In this document: in pieces, positions 39,346 through 52,859 of the stretch
Position numbering within the stretch: the stretch's first letter is position 1
How the letters are laid out: each line of letters begins with the position of its first letter
From: Octopus vulgaris
Lineage: Eukaryota
Assembly (NCBI GenBank): GCA_951406725.2
Contig: OX597834.1
Location: 8,556,001 to 8,620,000 of the forward strand
Length of the DNA: 64,000 nucleotides
Direction: 5' to 3'
Translations under genes and position numbers: made by a program
The notes under the pieces: model-generated
The model's input: the letters and a program-made list of their open reading frames with translations, nothing else
What the model was told of the DNA's origin: nothing
Database searches by the model: none

Positions 39346-39836
39346 AGTATCTGTGAATCAAATTTTACGATTTTAAAAAAGAAAACTCAGTAAAACTGAA
39401 AGATGACGGTAATTAAGCAATGTTTACTTATTTATTTTATTTTTTTATTTCATCTAGTTTCAGCTCACGAGCTGTGGCCATGCTGGGGCACCGCCATTTG
39501 GCGTTGCTACATGATTTTACTTCACGAATACTTTTTAGCAATTGCCATTTGGTGCATGAGAGAGTTCGATGTACCTCCTGCCGTGAAGTTGGTTCATCTG
39601 GGACACCTGACAGGAGGAGATCCAGTTTTATGTAAAATATAGGTGAAGAAGTAATGTCTTGCTAGGCACATTAGAATACTCTCAAATAGAATACTCTCAA
39701 ATGGTTTCAGAGAAGTCCATTAATAGATCTCATTTTTAATACAAACTGCAGATTGTGGAAATTGTAAAGATAATTTATGAATACATCGTATAATAGTTTC
39801 CATAATAAATTGTTTATTTTTTCCTTCATTTCTCAG

Positions 39837-39899
39837 GACGAAATGTTTATCATAATAATTGCTTCTTCAGGCACAGGTTTCATTTAATCAAGAGGTACC
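39837..39899 (+). CDS. Candidate isolated 63-nt internal exon (unknown gene)
   Basis: Acceptor ttttttccttcatttctcag|, donor |gtaagt, symmetric phase 1, open frame xRNVYHNNCFFRHRFHLIKRY. No homology recognised. Confidence 0.3.
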
Positions 39900-40414
39900 G
39901 TAAGTAACGAGGAAAAAATTAAATACATGAACACAGAAAATATTAAGCAAAGAGATGCCTATAAAAGTTATCACAGTTAATTAATCATTGCGCCAAATAA
40001 ATATATACCTTAATTAATTTATTTCGCGATAGGGAACTTAGAGCATATTAATTCCTGTATTCCCTTTACAACAATGTGTTCGTTGAAATCTATTGTTTCT
40101 CATCATACGTAATTTGTTATAATTTCTTTCGTGTTTCTCGAATTTTTTTTATGCATCTCATTATTTCCTTCTCTATCTCACCTTCTACACACAAAGTTGC
40201 ACACACAAGCATAAATGATATTGAAACATTCACAGCAGTATTGTCTCTCTGGAACCCCGTGATATACATGTCTTCATGTATATAGGTCCGTATGTATGTA
40301 TATATAAATGTACGTATGCATCTTTATACACACACATTCGCACAAACATATTTATACAAATATGAATGTATATATTTATATATATATATATATGTGTGTT
40401 TATACATATACTCA

Positions 40415-40800
40415 TGTACTAGTTTCAGTCATTTGACTGTGGCCATGCTGGAGCACCGCCTTTAGTCGAGCAAATCGACCCCAGGACTTATTCTTTCTAA
40501 GCCTAGTACTTATTCTATCGGTCTCTTTGCCGAACCACCAAGTTACGGGGACGTAAATACACCAACATCGGTTGTCAAGGGATGTTGGGTGGGGGGACAA
40601 AAACAGAAACACAAACACGCATATATATACATATATATACATATATACGACGGGCTTCTTTCAGTTTCCGTCTACGAAATCCACTCACGAGGGTTTGGTC
40701 GGCACGAGGCTATAATAGAAGACACTTGCCCAAGGTGCCATGCGGTGGGACTGAACCCGGAACCATGTAGTTGGTAAGCAAGCTACTTCCCACACAGGCA
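40415..40800 (-). mobile_element. SINE family A
   Basis: Reverse complement of the consensus. Confidence 0.93.
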
Positions 40801-40890
40801 CACACACACAATATATACACATATGTGTATATATACAGACACATATATATATATACATATATGCATATATACATATGTATGTGTGTGTGT

Positions 40891-40922
<32 letters not shown>

Positions 40923-41528
40923 CTGTGTCTGTGTGTGTGTGTCTGTTTTAAAAGTAAATCACGTAGATTCCAAACAGACTACAACAGTGAGAAATATTGT
41001 CTGCTGAGTCTAATTAACAAAAACTTCCTTAACCGAATTGAAGATCTCTAGATTAAATTAGCGGTGAATATTTCAGTAATAAACAACCGAAAGTAATTAA
41101 GATGACACACAGGAGGACGATGTGGTTTTAATTATGAGTAAAATAATAACAAGTCTTCTCCTATATAAATACTAACTTCTAACGGGTAATATTAACATCG
41201 TATGAGAATTCCTATGATGTATGTCAGAGCTGCTGCAACTGTCTTAGCTAGGTGGTCGTCGTTTGAGCTGCTAAAAATAGCAGCTGCATATCCCCTCGAA
41301 AATGAAGGAATGGCTACTAAATGTGTGTTTGTGTGTATGTGTGTGTGAGTGGATGTGTGTGTATATGTGTAAATGTGTGTGTGTCTGTGTGTGGGTGCGC
41401 TCGTGTGCGTAGGGGTGCCTGTTGGATAATGTCTTTAATGTACACGCTATCTACAAAAAGACAAAGAAAGATGAAGAATGTTTTTCGGATTAAAAATCAA
41501 AAGCGAATGCGGCTGTCAACGCTGCAGT

Positions 41529-41573
<45 letters not shown>

Positions 41574-41637
41574 CACTACTACCACCAACACCACTAACAC
41601 CACCAACACCACCACCATCATCACCACCACCACCAAC

Positions 41638-41701
<64 letters not shown>

Positions 41702-41726
41702 CTACTACTACTACTACTACTACTAC

Positions 41727-41760
<34 letters not shown>

Positions 41761-41768
41761 ACTACTAC

Positions 41769-41823
<55 letters not shown>

Positions 41824-41828
41824 ACTAT

Positions 41829-41872
<44 letters not shown>

Positions 41873-41873
41873 T
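41529..41873. repeat. Compound trinucleotide microsatellite (CTA)n(CCA)n(CAA)n(CTA)n(TAA)n(CTA)n(TAA)n(CTA)n
   Basis: Directly visible; explains the poly-L/P/Q/I/V ORFs. Confidence 0.95.
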
Positions 41874-42269
41874 ATTTTGTAAATCATACTTTCTTAAGTT
41901 GAGACTTTCAAACAGGAGGTATAAGGATATAGCAATGCGAAGAACTAGCAGAATCGTTAGCGTGTCGTGGAAAATGCTTAGCGGCATTTTGTCCTTCTTT
42001 ATGCTCTGAGTTCAATTCCTGCCAATGTCGATTTTTCTTTCATCCCCTCTGAATAGATGAAACAAGTACCAATTGATACCTGGGGGTTCATATAATCAAC
42101 TAACCCCCGCCTCGAAATTCCTAACCTTACGCCAAAATTTGAAGCCAATATCAAGAGACAGCGGAGATATAATTTTTGATGCAGAGGGAAGGAAAGCAGG
42201 GTAAATTATTGCTGAGTTTTAACAAGATAAGAAACAAAAAAATATTATTAAATATCGTTCGACTCTTAA

Positions 42270-42480
42270 TAGCAATTCTTCCATGTTTACCTGAATATAC
42301 TTCTGGCAGTATTCACTATCGACAAGATGGCCAAGTTCAATTGATTCTATTCACAGCAGGTGTCTCCTGCTTAGGATCGCTTTTGTTCAAAAGAATTCTC
42401 ATTGTGACATAGGCAGTTTGTTCGCAACATTTTCAATGTCTCTTTCACAAAGACGTGGAGAATGCTAAAAATGATTTAAT
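42270..42480 (-). mobile_element. Possible hAT transposase dimerisation-domain remnant
   Basis: Minus strand ENSFEQKRS*...NQLNLAILSIVNTARSIF resembles ERSFSKLK....QERLN.LAILSIE.E.AR.I.F. Confidence 0.4.
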
Positions 42481-43034
42481 GTTATATCTTACTCTATGAT
42501 GAAAATCCTACAAGTTCAATCAGCTATAGTATTTTCGATATAAAAGAATTTAAAAAATTATCTGCGCTCAATAGATATGCACGAGAACGACTGTGTTGTC
42601 ATTTATAGCTCTAAAGTTACACATCTATTCTAAAAGCACATCAGTTTTCTCATACTTCTTACGTTACACGGGCAAAGGTGAGATTTTTTGGGGGAAAGTA
42701 TTTAAAATTCTCTTAAACTACCAAGGCTAAAGACTATATATGCTACTCTATCCCTATACAACCCAAAGAATCTATTTTCTGAACGTCTGGAAAATATAAA
42801 ATAATCATCACAGCGTGTAGTTTGCATTTGAAATATATATGTATATATAGGAGTTCGACTCCCGGCAGTGACCTGAATAGTAATAACAACAACAAACAAC
42901 GACAACGACGACGACGACGAAAAATACCTCAGAAATGCGGTAATGACAAACAAATAAGGCAAGTGATTAGGCAAATGAGGTAAGGACAAATAAATTAGGC
43001 ACGTGATATACAAAAACTAATAAATTCATTTAAT

Positions 43035-43430
43035 AGGCGAAAGGAGTGGCTGTGTGGTAAGTGGCTTGCTAATCAACCACATGGTTGCGGGTTCAGTACC
43101 ACTGCGTGGCATTTAGGCTATAGCCCCGGGCCGACCAATGCCTTGTGAGTGGATTTGGTAGACAGGAAATTGAAAGAAGCCCGTCGTATATGTGTATATA
43201 TATAATATATAAGTGTGTGTGTGTATATGTTTGTGTGTCTGTGTTTGTCCCCCTAGCATTGTTTGACAACCGATGCTGGTGTGTTTACGTTCCCAGTCAC
43301 CTAGCGGTTCGGCAAAAGAGACCGATAGAATAAGTACTGTGCTTACAAAAGAATAAGTCCCGGGGTCGATTTGCTCGATTAAAGGCGGTGCTCCAAAAAA
43401 TGACTGAAACAAGTAAAAGAGTAAAAGAGA
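43035..43430 (+). mobile_element. SINE family A
   Basis: ggcgaaaggagtggctgtgtggtaag...gtaaaagagtaaaagag. Confidence 0.93.
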
Positions 43431-43559
43431 AATGGATACATATAAAAAGTTGCGACTTACATAGAATAGAAACGGTATGAGGTATTAAAGGCGTTACACA
43501 AAAGTTATACTAGTCCAACATTAGTGTTCCAAACTAGTGATTGTGATTTGATTCCATCA

Positions 43560-43993
43560 TCGGATAATACCAGCTCTTATCTTAAGGGAAGAATTTTACA
43601 TTTGCGCTGTTGACAGAATGGAGATTAAAGACGGAATTCCATGTTACAGAACTTGCAGATGTTGTATCCGCTTGGCTTGGAAGGTTTACATCTTCCTTTC
43701 ATATACACCAAACCTTGGTCCATCCGATTTCTACCTGTTTCGGTCTCAGTAAATTTCATCGAATAGACAATCTTTTAGCTCTATAGATGATGTAAAAATT
43801 CAGCTGGAAGTATTTTTCACCGGTGGAGACAGGAAATTCTGTAAGCAAGAAGTAATGTATAAGGTACAAGATTGCAGAAGATACGGAAAATAATCACAAT
43901 TGTGTTTCATTGAATAAATAGTTTCCTTTTTAAAACATGTGTCTTATTGTTCCATAATAATAATAAAAAAGAACTAATGTTTTGGCAACCCAG
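43560..43993 (+). mobile_element. Mariner transposase 3' remnant with right TIR
   Basis: SYTPNLGPSDFYLFRSQ*ISSNRQSFSSIDDVKIQLEVFFTGGDRKF corresponds to PYSPDLAPSDYHLFRSLQN.L....F.S.D.VK..L..FF..KD.KF. It ends ttttggcaaccca. Confidence 0.8.
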
Positions 43994-44132
43994 TTCATGC
44001 GGGCATACAAGGTTGGGTAAATTAGGAACGTCACATACTCATATGCCTCTATTTAGGAAAGGAATATACATATTCAAACTTGCATACAATTCTTATTTAC
44101 ATACACTGGCGGGCACTCATTTGGGTTAAGAA

Positions 44133-44389
44133 CACTCTTTTACTCTTTTAATTGTTTCAGTCATGTGACTGTGGCCATGCTGGAGCACCGCCTTCAGTGA
44201 GCAAATCGACCTCAGGACTTACTCTTTGTAAGCCTAGTACTTATTCTATCGGTCTCTTTAACCGTATCGTTACTAGGTGACGGGGACTAAAAACACCAGC
44301 ATCTGTTATATCAAGCGATGTTTTTTTTTTATATATTTTGTCGGGGGGGGGGTGGAAACAAACGAAACACAAACATACACGTACACACG

Positions 44390-44444
<55 letters not shown>

Positions 44445-44708
44445 TATATAGTATATATCCAAACAAGAGAACACAAAAAAAACACAAAAACGTGAGGACG
44501 TGGAACAAATAATATAGTATTATTGGACACTATATACATATATACGACTGGCTTGTTTCAGTTTCCGTATACCAAATCCACTCACAAGGCTTTGGCCGAC
44601 CCGAGGCTATAGTAGAAGAAACTTGCCCAAGGTATCACGCAGTAGGACTGAACCCGGAACCATGTGGTTTGTAAGCAAGCTACTTACCACACAGTCACTT
44701 CTACGCCT
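44133..44708 (-). mobile_element. SINE family A with a foreign 70-bp insert in its internal (TA)n
   Basis: Consensus halves flank 44459-44530 (gaggacgtggaacaaataatatagtattattggac), which matches 52893-52925. Confidence 0.9.
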
Positions 44709-45089
44709 ACACTGTGCAACTATTCAGAGTTTATTTGAAGCTTTAGTAGCCTAAGTAATGTTGGCTGTCATTAAATTACTTTATGCGATTTAATTATTAG
44801 GGGTTTGTAAGAATGCTAGAAAGGCGCCGAATGCAACAATCCTTAGAAATTTACTTGAAAATATAGTCACTAAAAGATCGATTGCACTGGAATAGTTGAC
44901 CATTGAAATAACCAGGTATAGCATTTCTTTATATTACATAAGAATTTCCGCACAATAAGTTTTCAGACATAACAAATCTAATCAAGAAACCAGCCTTTAC
45001 CAATATCTTCACATATAACAAATACCCGTATGTAACATCAGCTATTAACTTTTATAAAAAAATATTCTGATAACTCGCGTTTAGACACA

Positions 45090-46275
45090 TAGACCCCAGT
45101 GAACAAATAGTGTTATTTTATCGACGTTGAAAAGATGAAAGGCAACGTCGACACCGGCGGGATATGATCTCAGAACGTAAAGACAACTAGTTTTCTACTT
45201 TTCAAGAATATTGATTTCAAATTTTAGCACAATGCCAGCAATTTCGGGCGCGAGAGAATCAGTTGATTACAGGGGCTCCAGTATTCAATTACTATTTATT
45301 TAATCGACCTTGCAAAGAAGAAAGACAAAGTCGGCTCCGGATGTTGTTCGAATTGAGTAGGTAAAGACAGGCGAAATACCCATTTTTTTACTACCCACAA
45401 GGAGCTAAACACAGAGAGGACAAATAAGGACAGACAAACGGATTAAGTCGATTATATCGACCCCAGTGCGTAACTGGTACTTATTTAATCGACCCCGAAA
45501 GGATGAAAGGCAAAGTTGACCTCGGCGCATGAAAGACTAAGTCGACCTCGGCGGAATTTGAACTCAGAACGTAGCGGCAGACGAAATAACTATTTCTTTA
45601 CTACCCACAAGTGGCTAAACACAGAGAGGACAAGCAAGGACAGACAAACGGATTAAGTCGATTACATCGACCTAAGTGCGTAACTGGTATTTATTTAATC
45701 GATCCCGAAAGGATTAAAGGCAAAGTTGACCTCAGCGGAATTTGAACTCAGAACGTAGCGGCAGACGTAATACCGCTAAGCATTTCGCCCGGCGTGCTAA
45801 CATTTCTGCCAGCTCGCCACTGGACGAAATACATTTAAGCATTTTCCTCGGCATGCTAAAAACTCTGAGCAATCACTGCCCTGCCTTTAAAATAATACTG
45901 ATTTCAAATTTTAGCAACAATGCAGCAACTTCGGGGTGGAGCGATTTGGTAGATTTTATCAAACCAATACACAGCTGGTATTTATTTGATAGAAGGCGGT
46001 GAGCTGGCAGAAACGTTAGCACGCCGGGCGAAATGCTTAGTGGTATTTCGCCCCTCGTTACGTTGTGAGTTCAAATTCCGCCGAGGTCGACTTTGCCTTT
46101 TATCCTTTCGGGGTCGATAAATTACGTACCAGTTACGGACTGGGGTCGATGTAATCGACTTAATACCTATGTCTGTCCTTGTTTGTACCCTCTGTGTTTA
46201 GCCCCTTGTGGGTAATAAAGAAATAGGTATTTATTTGATTGGACCTGCAAAGATGAAAGACAAAGAGAACCACGG
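45090..46275. mobile_element. Nested cluster of family B SINEs (young dimer 45381-45820 minus and young copy 45995-46225 plus, inside older copies)
   Basis: Repeated cgaccccgaaaggatgaaaggcaaagt blocks. TSD ggtatttatttgat at 45977-45990 / 46226-46239. Confidence 0.92.
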
Positions 46276-46774
46276 TCAGCTTCAATACAGTTTCAGCCAA
46301 TCGAAATAATCTAGTTACGAAATATGGCTGAAAACTATGCTATTGCAACGATAGCTACGAATGAAAAGTCATGAGGTGAAATCGAACTTCTATCATTTTC
46401 CAAATAAGAGAACTTCTTATCCAATAGGACAAGCTTCACGAACATAAAATAATGACGACAATATCTCCTGCGTATAGAAAGAGCGTTATATATTTGCATC
46501 TTTATTGAGGGACTAAAAATAGGAAAAGCTTCAACAAATGTTTTTTTGTGTATGAAGTTGCTTTGTGTTTAATGTTCAATATGGTCTACGCTGATATCCT
46601 CCTATCGCTCTACACACAGCTTTATTATATTCATAGAGGAACACACTTGGATAAACTTTAGTTAGTAAGCGAAAAGAAATACCAAGAAAGAGAAACAAGT
46701 AAACATAAAATGGCATCTCTATCTATTGAATTACCCATATATAATAATTAAATGTACTACAATGTATTGTGACA

Positions 46775-47345
46775 GAACATATATATATATATACATATGC
46801 ATATGCATATATATATATAGGTATATATGTATATAAATATATACATATCCATATATATATATATATATACATATCCATATATATATATATATACACATAT
46901 GTATGTATATGCATGTGTATATATATATATATATATATGCATATATATATATATATATATATGTGTGTATGTAATTGTATATGTATATATATATATACAT
47001 ATATATACCCACGTATATATAAATATATACGTGTGTGTGTGTATGTATGTGTATATATATATTTATGCATATACATATATACATATATATATACCCCCCC
47101 ACACACACACATATATATATATAATGCGTATGTAGATATACACAAATTCACACCTATATATTATACTTACATAGATACATATGTATGTACATATGTATGT
47201 GCAAATATATATATATATATATGTGTGTGTGTATGTATACATATATGTATATATGTGTGTATATATATATGTGTGTGTGTACATATATATATATATATGT
47301 GTGTGTGTGTGTATGTATATATACACACGCACATACCTACCTAGA
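46775..47345. repeat. Extended degenerate (TA)/(CA)/(TG) low-complexity tract
   Basis: Directly visible. Similar tracts lie at 12400-12720, 23000-23340, 24500-24700, 52540-52850, 53330-53610, 54000-54640 and 61470-61745. Confidence 0.9.
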
Positions 47346-48321
47346 TATATACATACTCGTAGTTCATGTTGGGTGTCCATTGATTTCTGGTCAGCGTTTG
47401 ACGATGTAGTCTCCACATATATGTGTTCTCATTTTCCCTTCCCCCCCCACCTTCCGCGATTGCTATCGATATTCTTTTAAATACGTTTTGAATACAGACG
47501 AGAAAACAATGATTTTTTTGGGTTTTTTTTTTTGCTAGACATGGATATACTACGCTTACACCGACACACATACATACAGACCAAGAACACACAAGTAACC
47601 AATACCAACCGATACAGACATAAACCAATATAAACCTACATATAGACACGCATAAATACATATATATATATATATATATGTATGTGTGTATGTGTGCATG
47701 TATGTATGTAAATATGTATGTATGTATAAAGATGTATAGTTATATATATACACTCTGTATTTGTACAAGTATTCTCATTCAGATATATTTATTTCCTCGT
47801 TTATATTGATATTGCATAAATTTTAATGTGCCTAGAAAATAATCTGTCCGTTTGAAAGACGTATCAGAGCGATAGTTGCGTCTCCTTACTGCCAAATATA
47901 TGATCCATTATTTGGCAAATGTTTCATAGTACTGCTATAAATGTATGCATCGTTTATTTTTTAATTGTCAAAGTAGTTTATAAATGAAGTTGGAATGCTA
48001 GCCAAATGGATAAATTGTCGGACAAAATGGCGAACGTTTCACATTTATTTCCCAATCATTTTCCTACATGAAAGCGATTCTCCAAAATGGCTCTCGTTGT
48101 GATTTGCTAAAACGATCTAAAGAGCATACTGAGAAATTAATTATCAGCGTGTATAGTTTTGTCTTTGTGGTCGTTATTGACTACTGGTAAATCATCTTTG
48201 GTTGTAGAAATATACAACAGAAAAAAAGGCGTTTCTAAGATCATCCAGTCGTTCGTTCGAGCATTGTTTATGCATGACTACATCAGTTAACAAACTCCAC
48301 AGGTTTGGAGTGATTGTTCAA

Positions 48322-48367
<46 letters not shown>

Positions 48368-48389
48368 ATACGCATATGTATATATATAT

Positions 48390-48555
48390 AACGGGAAGCT
48401 TTATGATAATAAACAAAAGACGAAGGCAGGTAGAATACAAACAAACAATTGTATTAGTATGGCGCTCAGGAATATAAATAAAACAAGTCTTTTACGTTTC
48501 GAGCCTACGCTCTGCAACAGAAAGATACACAGAAAAAAAACACGGAGAGAAACAA
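48390..48555 (-). mobile_element. Short element flanked by (TA)n with a minimal hammerhead-like motif (48488-48525)
   Basis: Minus strand: tcttt-CTGTTGC-agagc-gtag-gctc-GAAA-cg-TA-aaaga, with stem I tcttt/aaaga. The core deviates at two positions. Confidence 0.7.
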
Positions 48556-48939
48556 TATATACACATACATATATGTATCAAATGAAATAAAAAACAGAAC
48601 ACAAAGGCTGTCGCGGTACACATGTTTCGAGCTTTATGAAACAACTTATTCTTACATCAATGTATAATCAATGTAATAGATAGTTTAAAGCCCTCTTCAG
48701 CCGCATGCAATTGCTACACCAAAGACTTGTATCACATGAAAAGTCTGAAAAAGAACATTTGGTATTATTTATAATGGTAGGTAAACTGAGTATCACTGAG
48801 AAAGTATGTTTGTAAATCTTCATAATCAAATAGGTGTACAGGGTATTATTGGACTCCAATACATATATCCTCTCACCTCTGCTACTAGTTGGCATTAACA
48901 GGTGCTTATAATTATCAAGTATTCACCCTGAATTTATTG

Positions 48940-48996
<57 letters not shown>

Positions 48997-49036
48997 ATAT
49001 GTATATATGTATGTATATATGTATGTATATATGTAT

Positions 49037-49194
49037 GGATGTGGCTATGTGGTAAGTAGCTTGCTTAGCAACCTCATGGTTCCGGGTTCAGTCCCGCTAA
49101 ATGTCACCTTGCGCAAGTGCCTTCTACTATAGCCTCGGGCCGACCTAAGCCTTGTGAGTGGATTTGGCAGACGGAAACTGAAAAAACTCCGTCG

Positions 49195-49234
<40 letters not shown>

Positions 49235-49445
49235 CGCGTTTGTGTGTCTGTGTTTGTCCCCCAACATCGCTTGACAACCGATGCTGGTGTGTTCATGTCC
49301 CTGTAACTTAGCGGTTCGGTAAAGAGACCGATAAAATAAGTACTAGGCTTAATAAGTATAAATCCTGGGGTGGAGTTGCTAGATAAAAGACAGTGCTCTA
49401 GCATGGCCACAGTGAAATGACTGAAACAATTAAAAGAGTAAAAGA
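49037..49445 (+). mobile_element. SINE family A
   Basis: gtggctatgtggtaagtagcttgc...taaaagagtaaaag. Confidence 0.92.
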
Positions 49446-49552
49446 ATATATATATATATATATATATAGATATAATGAAATAGGGTTATAATAAATTATT
49501 ATTACCAGTGGCCTAGCACAAAAAACGAATTAGTCATTAGACTATATGAGAA

Positions 49553-49625
<73 letters not shown>

Positions 49626-50273
49626 TGTGTGTGTGTGTGTGTCTGTGTGTGTGTGTGTGTGTTTATAATTAAACAGCATGGTTTGAGAAACGGTGTAGCC
49701 CATTGACAAATGCGGTCCTATATCTACGATTCTCAAAAGACTTACTGCATGGTCTAGTTTAGAAATGCATTTGATATTTGTACAATAATGAATGATTTAC
49801 AGCATGTCGATAACGAACACAAAGACGGCAGAAGTAGACATGCTGATAACGAATGTATCCTTTACTCGATTGGAGACCAAGCATAATCATTTGTGGTTGT
49901 CATGTCAAAAGTTCTGGTGTGTAAAGCGGCTGGTGATTTACCATTTTTTTTCTACGGCAACGGCACAAAACCGTAACAGCAGGTAATACATTTTCCGCTG
50001 CCATGTGCTTGCCTTTAAAAAGAACAAAACTACTTTACAAAGTTTCTTTAATATAGCTTTGTATAACTTTGATTTTATTAAACGTAGATCGATTTAGTTA
50101 AGCATTCTAAACGAGTGGATATTTCAATCCATTTACAGTCGATTGTAATGAAATAGGCAAAACCCACATGGCACTTTGAGATTGACCATTACTTCGTAGA
50201 ATGATACTAGTTCTACTACTATTTCGAACACGTATTTTCGAATATGAATTAAGGTTTCGTTAAAAGTCATACC

Positions 50274-50688
50274 TATTTCTTTGATTACCCAAAAGGGGCT
50301 AAACACAGAGGGGACAAACAAGGACAGACATAGGTATTAAGTCGATTACATCGACCTCAGTGCGTAACTGGTACTTAATTTATCGACCCCGAAAGGATGA
50401 ACGGCAAAGTCGACCTCGGCGGATTTTGAACTCACAACATAACGGTAGACGAAATACCTATTTCTTTATTACTCACAAGGGGCTAAACACAGAGGGGACA
50501 AACAAGGACAGACATAGGTATTAAGTCGATTACATCGACCCCAGTGCGTAACTGGTACTTAATTTATCGACCCCGAAAGGATGAAAGGCAAAGTCGAACT
50601 CGGCGGATTTTGAACTCACAACGTAACGCAGACGAAATACCGCTAAGCATTTCGCCCGGCGTGCTAACGTTTCTGCCAGCTCGCCGCC
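50274..50688 (-). mobile_element. Family B SINE head-to-tail dimer with 19-bp TSD
   Basis: tttcgttaaaagt(c/g)atacc at 50255-50273 and 50689-50707. At the internal junction (about 50458) the tail joins gtatttcgtc. Confidence 0.93.
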
Positions 50689-50982
50689 TTTCGTTAAAAG
50701 TGATACCAGTAACAGGTTTTGCTGCTAAAGTAAAGTCGAGGCTTTTGAAATGATAGTAAGGTTTTGAAAACTTGTAAACAAGACTGTGAATTTAAGAGTG
50801 TCCCTATTTTGAAAGGCTTTTTCATCGACCTACGTAGTGACAGTACTACAGATGGTATTTCAGCATATTTTGTTTGAAGAAGAAGTATCAATATTTGATA
50901 TATTTGTATACTTCAATATTTACCTGCTATCAAAATTATCAAACTATCGTTTGGCTGAATGAAATTTGTATTTGATACACGT

Positions 50983-51145
50983 AGGCGCATGAGTGGCAGT
51001 GTGGTAAGTAGCTTGCTTGCCAACCACATGATTCCGGGTTCAGTCCCACTGCGTGGCATCTTGGGCAAGTGTCTTCTGCTATAGCCCCGGGCCGACCAAT
51101 GCCTTATGAGTGGATTTGGTAGACGGAAATTGAAAGAAGCCTGTC

Positions 51146-51205
<60 letters not shown>

Positions 51206-51443
51206 CTGTGTGTATATGTTTGTGTCTGTGTTTGTCCCCCCTAGCTTTGCTTGACAACCGACGCTGGTGTGTTTACGTCCCCGTCACTTAGCGCTCCGGC
51301 AAAAGAGACCGATAGAATAAGTACTGGGCGCTTACAAAGAATAAGTCCCGGAGTCGATTTTTTCGATTAAAAGGCGGTGCTCCAGCATGGCCGCAGTCAA
51401 ATGACTGAAACAAGTAGAAAGAATAAAAGAGAGTAAAAAGAGT
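50983..51443 (+). mobile_element. SINE family A, full length
   Basis: aggcgcatgagtggcagtgtggtaag...gagtaaaaagag. Confidence 0.94.
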
Positions 51444-51985
51444 ATTTAAATGCATACGGAAGATCAGTAAATTTAACTGCAGAGGAAGAGGATCGCTTTA
51501 TTGAATCTATTTCATATTCTCCTTCACAATTTACCTGTATCGGTGTCACTTACTCAATTTTGGTTTTCTATAAATGTCCAATACGCACAAAAATATTTCT
51601 GAGGAAGGATTTTCTGCATACATGGTATTGGACCCAAATCGTCGTAGAAGAATCATATCTAAAGCATATGTGAGAGAATGAAGTCGTTGGCCAATAAAGC
51701 TGACTTCAAAGAGGTCTCTACAAATATGAAGCGGTATCACTCATGTCCTTGACTTTTCTTTCATCTCTTTCTACAATGATTGTATTGTAAAAGATAAAGG
51801 CATTTTCTGCTGACTACAGAAGCAGTAGATTATCACAATGATCTAATCAAGTTAAAGTACTGTAGGGTTAAGCAGACATTTTCTTCTTAATATAACATGG
51901 GCCGCAGTGAATCACTGACGTTGGGTGTATTCTACGTGGATATATAACACTAAGTAAGGTAACACGGTACAGTATATCTTCCAGA

Positions 51986-52208
51986 AGCTGGCAGAAACGT
52001 TAGCACGCCGTGCGAAATGCTTAGCGGTATTTCGTCTGCGTTACGTTGTGAGTTCAAATTCCGCAGAGGTCGACTTTGCCTTTCATGCTTTCGGGGTCGA
52101 TCAATTAAGTACCAGTTACGCACTGGGGTCGATGTAATCGACTTAATACCTATGTCTGTCCTTGTTTGTCCCCTCTGTGTTTAGCCCCTTGTGGGTAATA
52201 AGGAAATA
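51986..52208 (+). mobile_element. SINE family B with 18-bp TSD
   Basis: ggtacagtatatcttcca (51966-51983) / gataccgtatatcttcca (52209-52226). Confidence 0.93.
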
Positions 52209-52543
52209 GATACCGTATATCTTCCATGATTGTGCTATATCAGCAAGAGGCAATAGGAAGTCAGTTGCTCTTTGGATAGTGTATGTCTATTGTTATATTG
52301 CAGTTGGTCTTATTTTGCTAATTAAACACATGCACAATATCCGTAGTCTTCATTTCAGTTTTAATATCATTATTTTAGTTACTTTCTCAAAGAATTTTCG
52401 TCTCCACATGACGACTTCGAGGAGAAGAATAAAGGAATAAGGAGATGAAAGAAGAGAAGAAAAAACAAGCATAAATGTTCACAGTTCAACTTAACGATCG
52501 CGTAGAAGTTAGTCAGTAGGTCCTTCCGAACAACCCTGCATGT

Positions 52544-52600
<57 letters not shown>

Positions 52601-52722
52601 CATGTATGTATGTATGTATGTATGCATATCTATAGATATATATATATATACATATATATAAATAAATATGTATATGTATATATATATATATGTATGTATG
52701 CATGCATGTATGTATGTATTTC

Positions 52723-52788
<66 letters not shown>

Positions 52789-52859
52789 TAATGAAGGGTT
52801 AAATGTATATCTATATATATACATATATGTATAAATATATATATATATATGTGTGTGGT

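Noticed and set aside
48668-48930. Possible GIY-YIG remnant (ERIYVLESNNTLYT)
   Set aside because: Too degenerate; needs an HMM search.
51470-51770. Very decayed mariner-like C-terminus on the minus strand (similar hint at 33780-33900)
   Set aside because: The motifs are not recognisable enough to call.
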